This document shows, piece after piece, positions 51,288 to 58,092 of a stretch of 64,000 nt of DNA. A program made the translations under genes and the position numbers. The notes under the pieces are model-generated. The model worked only from the letters and a program-made list of their open reading frames with translations. It did not search any database and was not told the origin of the DNA. The DNA lies in assembly GCA_017983675.1 (NCBI GenBank), contig JAGOAZ010000003.1:34719-98718 (forward strand), in the 5' to 3' direction. Within the stretch, counting starts at the first letter, position 1. The number at the start of each line of letters is the position of its first letter. Origin of the DNA: Fluviicola sp. (GTDB taxonomy: Bacteria > Bacteroidota > Bacteroidia > Flavobacteriales_D > Crocinitomicaceae).

Positions 51288-52175
51288 ATGAAGAATCTAA
51301 TATTTTTTTTGTTTTTGGTTTGCCTTCAAAATATTGCAAGAACACAGGTGTATCAGCACTTTATAACTTTTAAACATCCAGATATGGTTGAAATTCAATT
51401 TTATGCAGAAAAAGCTATTGATTTTTACTATTTAGAAAAGTATGATAGTTCAATTGTTTATAACTATAAAGTGAATAGTGTTCTTCCAGAATACTGGCAA
51501 TCATATTATAACTCGGCAGTTTGTTTTGCAAAGAAAAATCAAAAAGATAGTTGTTTTAAGTACCTAACAAAATATGTAACGTTAGCAAAAGAAAAGGTTA
51601 ATCTTGGTTATTTAAAGAATGAAAATTTAAATGTTTTGAGTCATGATTCGTTAAGTAAATTACAAAGTCTAGCTAAGTCAAATTTAGTATTAGATATCAC
51701 GAAAAATTATGATTTAATCAGCAATCTTGAATTATTAGATGGAAAAGAACAGGAAATACTAGGAAATGGATTTGGAAGAGATCGTAAAAAAGATTCATTG
51801 TTACTAAATAATTTCATTAAATTCTGTTCAATTATTGACACAAACAATTTCCCTTCAACAAGTGAAATAGGCATAGCAACAGGAGCAATACACAGATTGA
51901 TATTACACCTTGATTATGCACCAAATATGCAGTTTAGTTTAGGAAAAAAACTGTTAAAGCAACATAAAAAAGGATACAATAAAAAAGGAAGTGCTTACAT
52001 CATAGATCGATCTTTAAAAAATTTAGGAAAGCCTCAATTATATGGAACAATTTTAGAAAACAATACAAATTCTTTGTATGTGGTAGATGATATGAAAAAA
52101 GTAATTAAAAGAAGAAAAAAACTAAAATTTCAGCGTATTGAGGACTATTTACAAAATAAAAGCATTACCAAATGA
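51288..52175 (+). CDS. Exported TPR + DUF6624-like protein
   Basis: Signal peptide; YYNSAVCFA TPR-like helix; AYIIDRSLKNLGKPQLYGT resembles the DUF6624 C-terminal signature. Confidence 0.65.
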   Translation: MKNLIFFLFLVCLQNIARTQVYQHFITFKHPDMVEIQFYAEKAIDFYYLEKYDSSIVYNYKVNSVLPEYWQSYYNSAVCFAKKNQKDSCFKYLTKYVTLAKEKVNLGYLKNENLNVLSHDSLSKLQSLAKSNLVLDITKNYDLISNLELLDGKEQEILGNGFGRDRKKDSLLLNNFIKFCSIIDTNNFPSTSEIGIATGAIHRLILHLDYAPNMQFSLGKKLLKQHKKGYNKKGSAYIIDRSLKNLGKPQLYGTILENNTNSLYVVDDMKKVIKRRKKLKFQRIEDYLQNKSITK

Positions 52176-52240
52176 CCCTGATATTATCCAATCCATTTGT
52201 TCAAGTTTCTATGAATGAGGTGATTGAATGGTTGTGTTTT
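52172..52240 (+). pseudogene. 5' stub of an ATP-grasp maturase gene
   Basis: An ATGA-coupled ORF reads MTLILSNPFVQVSMNEVIEWL, matching MILILSSYMDASTNVVIDWL of the intact gene at 53929, then runs into repeat copy C and stops. Confidence 0.65.
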
Positions 52241-52672
52241 CAATCACCTTATAAACTGAACCACAAGTTAAAACTACTTGCAACAGCGAAAAATAATTAA
52301 AAAAATCATCAAGATAATTTGGATTTTAGAAAATTAGTTGTATATTTAGTTTAACAATTTACCGAGTTATTGCGACTCCACAACCAAACACACTTACGAC
52401 TCTTTTTTTTGATATCCCCATTGTTCATTATTTGTTAATGATCAATTATTGATTGAAATAATCTCACATTTAGTGAAGTTATCATAAAAAAAATAAGAGC
52501 TTGCTGCAACAAGCCCTTACCCAAAGACACAGGATCTGATGATTGCAGTCCTCTTTGAATGTGCGTCTTTGTTTCTCGCTTGCACGAAGCGATTCACAAA
52601 GATAGTTAATTACTTCGTGCTGGCGGTAACCGAAAAGCGAGTATGAGTAGGGAAGATTTAAACTAAATTTTT
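52238..52672 (+). repeat. Promoter/leader repeat, copy C (precedes precursor 2)
   Basis: The first ~60 nt resemble copy B; 52310-52672 closely matches copy D; promoter TTTG(52318)-19 nt-TATATTTA(52341). Confidence 0.92.
52486..52592 (-). ncRNA. Predicted cis-antisense small RNA (~105 nt) within leader C
   Basis: Minus-strand TATCTTTG at 52597-52604 and a minus-strand terminator gggcttg-ttgcag-caagctc-ttatttttttt ending near 52486; inferred only, no expression data. Confidence 0.45.
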
Positions 52673-52888
52673 ATGAAAAAAAAATCATTAAAAAAGTTGT
52701 CTGAATCATTGATGAAACAACAACTAAACTCAAAATCAATGGGAAATGTATTCGCGGGTGCGGATGGAACATGTGGAACGATCGTATCGACTGACACAAA
52801 ATCAGGAACAAAACTAACATCTGATGATTGTGATTACGATAACGATTGTACTCCAATTGTAGTCCCAGATACAACAATTGTTGTGTAA
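52673..52888 (+). CDS. RiPP precursor peptide 2 (grasp-with-SPASM substrate candidate)
   Basis: MKKKSLKKLSESLMKQQLNSKSMGNVFAG|ADGTCGTIVSTDTKSGTKLTSDDCDYDNDC...; Thr/Ser/Lys followed by an Asp-rich core, upstream of the ATP-grasp gene. Confidence 0.82.
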   Translation: MKKKSLKKLSESLMKQQLNSKSMGNVFAGADGTCGTIVSTDTKSGTKLTSDDCDYDNDCTPIVVPDTTIVV

Positions 52889-52907
52889 TTTTTTATAATA
52901 TAATAAT

Positions 52908-52943
52908 TAGAGTGTGTGAATAATTATATGTTCACACACTCTA
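52908..52943 (+). terminator. Perfect 13-bp hairpin after precursor 2
   Basis: tagagtgtgtgaa-taattatatg-ttcacacactcta. Confidence 0.65.
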
Positions 52944-52963
52944 TTCTTCCAATTTGATCAAAC

Positions 52964-53932
52964 ATGATAAATATTGTCAAACTATTTATTTTTATTCCTT
53001 TTTTCACTTTCACACAGTTTAATGAAAATGAATTAATGAAGTATATTGATACTAAAATTATCATTGATTCGCTTGCAAATGAAAATAAAGTAAATAAAAA
53101 GCAACTATTACACTATTATTCCTCTATTGAGAATAATATCTTATTTAGCAGAAAAGATTATCTTAATCAAGCTGTTGTATATTTAGATGAAAAAGAGTAC
53201 AAAAATGCTGAAAAATCGTTGGAACAGTGTTTGAAATATCAACCTCGACTATTTAATTTAAGTGATTCTTTACAAATAAGAAATAGTGCCTTTTATAAAA
53301 AATTTGAACCGAATGGATTATTAGACAGATTAATGGATAGTCTGATATCAAATACAAAAGAGTATTCATCCTACCGATCTCATTCGGATACTTCAATTCA
53401 TGTTTTTTATGAAACACTTTATCAGCATGATCAATTCATGCGAAGCAATGATGTCCAGATAAAATCTCTCATTTCTTTAAAATATTGGGAAATAGTTGAA
53501 AGCGATCTTTTTAAAATGCAAAATAAGTTTGATAGTATTAATCGTATAGAACTTCAAAATTTTACTAATGATCTAAAGAATATTGATTTTTATCATTTAG
53601 ATGAAAGCGACAAATATACTTTATTTTTGGTGGGCCAACACAGTGATTTTGATCTTGATTTTCAAAAAAGAATACTGGATATTTTTTTTAATAATTATCA
53701 TACCGGATCCATCAAACTTGAAAATCTAGTATATCTCATTGATCGTTATTTACTAAATACAAAAGGATATCAATTATTTGGTTCTCAGTTTGAATTTTTT
53801 GATAAAAAAATAGTATCAAAAAATTTACTTTATCCTATTTCTAAAGTTAACCAAATGCGAAAAATAGCCAGTCTACCCTCGCTAGAATCTTACCTTATTG
53901 ATGCAGATAACCTAATCGACGAAAAAAAATGA
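52964..53932 (+). CDS. DUF6624-like exported protein with TPR-like segment
   Basis: LYQHDQFMRS, LVGQHSD, VYLIDRYLLNTKGYQLFGSQF match the DUF6624 pattern (DQxxR...QH.D...YL.DR...Q.YG.Q). Confidence 0.7.
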   Translation: MINIVKLFIFIPFFTFTQFNENELMKYIDTKIIIDSLANENKVNKKQLLHYYSSIENNILFSRKDYLNQAVVYLDEKEYKNAEKSLEQCLKYQPRLFNLSDSLQIRNSAFYKKFEPNGLLDRLMDSLISNTKEYSSYRSHSDTSIHVFYETLYQHDQFMRSNDVQIKSLISLKYWEIVESDLFKMQNKFDSINRIELQNFTNDLKNIDFYHLDESDKYTLFLVGQHSDFDLDFQKRILDIFFNNYHTGSIKLENLVYLIDRYLLNTKGYQLFGSQFEFFDKKIVSKNLLYPISKVNQMRKIASLPSLESYLIDADNLIDEKK

Positions 53933-54930
53933 TATTGATATTATCTTCCTATATGGATGCTTCTACTAATGTAGTTATTGACTGGTTAAAAGCATTAGGT
54001 CATCAATATATACGAATCAACGCATTTGATGAATTGTCCAATAATATTAATTCCTTAAATATTACAAACGAAAATTCTGATGTGATAATTGAGAGTATGG
54101 GTATTACATTTAATCTGAAAGATATTCATGTAATATGGTACCGTCGTTCTGATATGGAGCATGATTCCTTGATACCAGTAACGACACCGTTTTCTTCATT
54201 AAAAATGGAAATTAATCATTTTTTGATCGAAGAATTTCGTGAATTTAGATCCAGTTTTTACAGTATTTTACGGAATAAATATTGGTTGGGACATCCTAAA
54301 TTAAGTCATGTAAATAAAATACTTCAATTGGAAATTGCCCGAGAAGTTGGTCTAAAAATTCCAGAAACGATCATCACCACAAAAAAGCAGGAATTATATA
54401 ATTTTCTTACACTTCACACGAAAATTATTTGTAAACCAGTAAAACATATTAAGCATTTTGATATTGAAGATAAAATGTTAACAGTTTATACAATAGGAAT
54501 AAACGCTGATGATATTTCAAAATTACCAGATAAATTACCACCTTCGATTATTCAAAAAAACATTGAAAAATCGATCGAATTACGTATTTTTTATCTTGAT
54601 GGAAAATGTTATTCAATGGGTATTGATTCTCAAAAAATGGAAAGTTCAGTTATCGATTTCAGAAATCTGGATGATAACGAAATAACGCGACGTTTTCCAA
54701 TTAAAATCAGTTCATCACTAGAAAAAAAAATAGATCTTTTGATGAAAAAATTAAACCTTAACACTGGGTCTCTGGATATAATAATTTCTAAGGATGATGA
54801 AGCTTATTTTCTTGAGGTAAACCCAGTGGGACAATTTGGAATGATATCACATCCCTGTGGATACAATCTAGAGAAAAAAATTGCAGAATTTTTAGTTGAA
54901 AAAGATAAACAATATGAGCAAAAAAATTGA
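53929..54930 (+). CDS. gwsG: Grasp-with-SPASM system ATP-grasp peptide maturase (graspetide synthetase)
   Basis: MILILS...VIDWL, VIWYRR, NKILQLEIAREVGLKIPETII, ICKP, QKNIEKSIELRIFYL, IDFR, FLEVNPVGQFGMIS. Confidence 0.88.
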   Translation: MILILSSYMDASTNVVIDWLKALGHQYIRINAFDELSNNINSLNITNENSDVIIESMGITFNLKDIHVIWYRRSDMEHDSLIPVTTPFSSLKMEINHFLIEEFREFRSSFYSILRNKYWLGHPKLSHVNKILQLEIAREVGLKIPETIITTKKQELYNFLTLHTKIICKPVKHIKHFDIEDKMLTVYTIGINADDISKLPDKLPPSIIQKNIEKSIELRIFYLDGKCYSMGIDSQKMESSVIDFRNLDDNEITRRFPIKISSSLEKKIDLLMKKLNLNTGSLDIIISKDDEAYFLEVNPVGQFGMISHPCGYNLEKKIAEFLVEKDKQYEQKN

Positions 54931-55132
54931 CGAAATAATTGATGATTTAAGTATGCATAAATTACCACTTAATGTACTTTTTGGAGAAATTAAAGAAAAA
55001 AAGATGAGGTATATTCCAGTTTCTAATTTTGGAAATAACGGCGGTAAGATTATTGCTGAAAATTTTTATAAACCTTTATCAAACTTAACTTTTGATTATG
55101 AAAGATTTAAAGAAATGGAGTCTATATCCTAA
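54914..55132 (+). CDS. Small hypothetical protein (72 aa) between the two maturases
   Basis: MSKKIDEIIDDL...; overlaps both neighbours on the same strand. Confidence 0.55.
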   Translation: MSKKIDEIIDDLSMHKLPLNVLFGEIKEKKMRYIPVSNFGNNGGKIIAENFYKPLSNLTFDYERFKEMESIS

Positions 55133-56201
55133 CTGCATTATTGTACAAGGATACTCTAATAGCATTGTTCTGGATATTTACAGACAACGGATGTTTCGTT
55201 TTGATTCAGAATTAGTACCTTGTTTTGAAGATTTAGATTTATTGCAAGTGCTAGAAACAAAGGCTTTGTTAGAAAATTCTATCATAAAAAGATTAGTTGA
55301 ATTAGATTACCTTACAAGCTCTTCAAGTCACTTTGAATCGACAAACAGTTTTACTGAATACGAATCACCTTTTCCAGTTGATTGTTGGATTGTTGAATTA
55401 AAAGGTGAAGATTCACTGATTTCAAATTTATTAGTGACTTATTTACAGAAAGTAGGTGCGATAGCAATACAATTAATCTTTTCCGAATCCTCCATTGATA
55501 CGATCAAGAAAAACCTGCTGTATATAAAACAAACCAATGTAGATTATGTTGAAGTTGTTGTAAAAGAAGGAAAGAAGTATGAGGCTGATTTTGAGAATAT
55601 TTTTAAGTTAGATGATCGGGTTAGGTTGATTTTTTCTGAAGATCAAGCTTATCTTAATAGAAAAGTAGAATTTGTTAAAAAACAAAACTTCAGTGGTTGG
55701 GTTATTCGACAAAATTCTGCGAGCAATATTTCAGATAAATCTTTCGACATTAATGAAATAGTGTACCTTGAATCTCTGAATCATCATCCATTTTATAACA
55801 AAAGATTTTTTTTGGATGCATCTGGTTTTTTTATGTCCTATCAAGATAGTAGACAGACATTGTTTAACATTAATAGTATGAAATCTATTTCAGATATACA
55901 AGATGTTGTACAGGATATAGATATGATAAAATTCTGGGATGTTAGCACAAAAAAAATTGAAGTTTGTATGGATTGTGAATTTAGAAATTGCTGTATTACC
56001 GATAAAATACCGATGAATAGGAATGGTGATAATTGGTATTATTATGAAGAATGCAACTACAACCCATATATTGCAAAATGGGAAGGAGAAGATGGTTACT
56101 TAACCTTAGCTGAATGTGGCGTAATATCAAATGAAAATGAGTTTTCAATTGACCACGAAAACATCGCATTAATTAATAAAGAGTTGTGGGGAGATGAGTA
56201 A
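55092..56201 (+). CDS. gwsS: Grasp-with-SPASM system SPASM-domain peptide maturase
   Basis: N-terminal NCIIVQGYSNSIVLDIYR; C-terminal IEVCMDCEFRNCCITD...CNYNPY SPASM cysteines; no CxxxCxxC radical-SAM motif visible. Confidence 0.85.
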   Translation: MIMKDLKKWSLYPNCIIVQGYSNSIVLDIYRQRMFRFDSELVPCFEDLDLLQVLETKALLENSIIKRLVELDYLTSSSSHFESTNSFTEYESPFPVDCWIVELKGEDSLISNLLVTYLQKVGAIAIQLIFSESSIDTIKKNLLYIKQTNVDYVEVVVKEGKKYEADFENIFKLDDRVRLIFSEDQAYLNRKVEFVKKQNFSGWVIRQNSASNISDKSFDINEIVYLESLNHHPFYNKRFFLDASGFFMSYQDSRQTLFNINSMKSISDIQDVVQDIDMIKFWDVSTKKIEVCMDCEFRNCCITDKIPMNRNGDNWYYYEECNYNPYIAKWEGEDGYLTLAECGVISNENEFSIDHENIALINKELWGDE

Positions 56202-56302
56202 ATTCTATTTCTACCAACAAACATACATTATTGTTGGTCCAAAGTCTTATTATTGATGATTAATTAAAAGTTTATTTGCATATAAATGCGAAATTAAATT
56301 AC

Positions 56303-56665
56303 AAGATAACTTGTCATTTAAAAAATTAATTGTATATTCGATTAACCATTTACCGATTTATTGCAATACAAACATCCAAACACACGTACGACTCTTTTTT
56401 TTTGATATGCCCATTGCTCATTATTTGCTAATGAACAATTTTTTATTTCAATAATCTCACATTTGGTGAAGTTATCATAAAAAAAATAAGAGCTTGCTGC
56501 AACAAGCCCTTACCCAAAGACACAGGATCTGAAGATTGCAGTCCTATTTGAATGTGCGTCTTTGTTTCTCGCTTGCACGAAGCGATTTTCAAAGATAGTT
56601 ATTTTTTCGTGCTGGCGATTCCGAAAAGCGAGTATGAGTAGGGAAAATTTAAACTAAAATTTAGT
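56303..56665 (+). repeat. Promoter/leader repeat, copy D (precedes precursor 3)
   Basis: Closely matches 52310-52672; promoter TTG(56311)-19 nt-TATATTCG(56333). Confidence 0.92.
56479..56585 (-). ncRNA. Predicted cis-antisense small RNA within leader D
   Basis: Minus-strand TATCTTTG at 56590-56597 and the same terminator hairpin plus T-tract ending near 56479; inferred only. Confidence 0.45.
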
Positions 56666-56869
56666 ATGAAAAATTCAAAAATGAGTTTGGAGGCTTTCAA
56701 AGCTAAAGCTGAAAACCAAAATGTAGAAATTGCAATGGATAATATTCAAGGCGGAAATTTGTTTAATTGTCATGGAGAATCCGGACAAGCTGGAAAGAAA
56801 ATAGGCAGATGGATTACTGATAGAGTTGACAATTGGTTAAATGGGCCAAATGGACCACAGTTACCATAA
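56666..56869 (+). CDS. RiPP/bacteriocin-like precursor peptide 3 (double-glycine leader)
   Basis: MKNSKMSLEAFKAKAENQNVEIAMDNIQGG|NLFNCHGESGQAGKKIGRWITDRVDNWLNGPNGPQLP. Confidence 0.8.
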   Translation: MKNSKMSLEAFKAKAENQNVEIAMDNIQGGNLFNCHGESGQAGKKIGRWITDRVDNWLNGPNGPQLP

Positions 56870-56884
56870 ACAATTTTGAAATAG

Positions 56885-56921
56885 AATCTAGTAGTTAGCT
56901 TTCAGTTAACTACTAGGTTTT
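56885..56921 (+). terminator. Hairpin/terminator after precursor 3
   Basis: aatctagtagttagct-ttc-agttaactactaggtt: 16 bp with two G.U pairs, followed by T residues. Confidence 0.7.
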
Positions 56922-56936
56922 TAATGCATTTTTATT

Positions 56937-58082
56937 ATGAAAATATTTTTTTCCTTTTTTTTTCTTCTAATAAGTTCATGTTCTTTGATGAAGAACAAAT
57001 TGTTTAAATATTTTTATTATGAACCAAAAATAAAATATGAATTTTATAGCGAAATTCCCTACGAAATAAAAAATGGACTAATTCTAATTCATCTTAATAT
57101 AGACGGTTCTGATTGTAAATTTGTTTTTGATACAGGTTCTAAAAGCTATATCAAAAATCAAATTCAAAAAAAAATGGATTTGCGGCACTATTTTAATTCC
57201 GCATCAACTGATGCTAATAAAATTAAAGTAGAATCTGAAATAGTTTTAGGAAATTTAGCTTTGGGAGACTTGAAAGTTAATAATTTTAAATTTCACACTA
57301 AAGAATCATTCCCTTTTGATTGTCATAATACAATAGACGGAATATTGGGTAATGACATATTGAACCAAGGTGTTTTCTTTTTCGATAATGATGCGAAAAA
57401 ACTAATTGTTACAAACTCAATTAATAAAATTGATGATTTGAAAGAATTTAAAAGGTTACCAATTAAAATAAATTTAGGTGACATTATATTAAAAAAAAAT
57501 AAAGAAGTTTTTACATTAGATTCGGGATATTCATATGGTTTCATTTTAACAAATCGAAAGTCTTTTTTATATAATGATACTTGTGAAAGCAAGATTTTTA
57601 TGCAGAATATAAACGCATTAAATTCTTCTCGACTTAAAGAGACAATTTATCAAAACGGAGATTTATGTCTTGCAGGAAATAAATACTCAGGAATAATCCA
57701 ATTTACAGATGGTTTTGATACAAATATTTTAGGTAGCTATTGGTTTTTTGCTAATAATATTATTATTGACATAGATAAAAAGGTTATCTATTTAAAGAAA
57801 AAAAAAATATACAGCATTAACCAAATATCAAATATATTAAACATTAATTTTTCTTTCTTAAATGGTAACGTTGTTATTTCTGGAATTTCGAATAGTATTT
57901 CAAGTGTAAAGTTGTATGATCATGTTTTGAAAGTTAACAATGTTGATTTAAAAGACATTCACAGTGAATGTGAACTACAAGAAGTTCTTAAATCTCAAGA
58001 TAAAGAATTAGGATTTAACCTTGATTTAAAGCGAGATAGAGATACTATTAGCGTTTTTTTATCAAAGGAAGATCTATACTAA
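56937..58082 (+). CDS. Lipoprotein with tandem retropepsin-like aspartyl protease domains and a probable C-terminal PDZ
   Basis: Lipobox LISSC; FVFDTGS and FTLDSGY catalytic-type motifs; DGILGNDIL; HVLKVNNVD PDZ-like. Confidence 0.72.
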   Translation: MKIFFSFFFLLISSCSLMKNKLFKYFYYEPKIKYEFYSEIPYEIKNGLILIHLNIDGSDCKFVFDTGSKSYIKNQIQKKMDLRHYFNSASTDANKIKVESEIVLGNLALGDLKVNNFKFHTKESFPFDCHNTIDGILGNDILNQGVFFFDNDAKKLIVTNSINKIDDLKEFKRLPIKINLGDIILKKNKEVFTLDSGYSYGFILTNRKSFLYNDTCESKIFMQNINALNSSRLKETIYQNGDLCLAGNKYSGIIQFTDGFDTNILGSYWFFANNIIIDIDKKVIYLKKKKIYSINQISNILNINFSFLNGNVVISGISNSISSVKLYDHVLKVNNVDLKDIHSECELQEVLKSQDKELGFNLDLKRDRDTISVFLSKEDLY

Positions 58083-58092
58083 ACATTTTAAT

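Noticed and set aside
48964-56665. Repeats as a CRISPR array or integron attC sites
   Set aside because: The units are 185-430 nt, contain promoters and are separated by kilobases of genes. No cas or integrase gene and no attC core pattern was recognised
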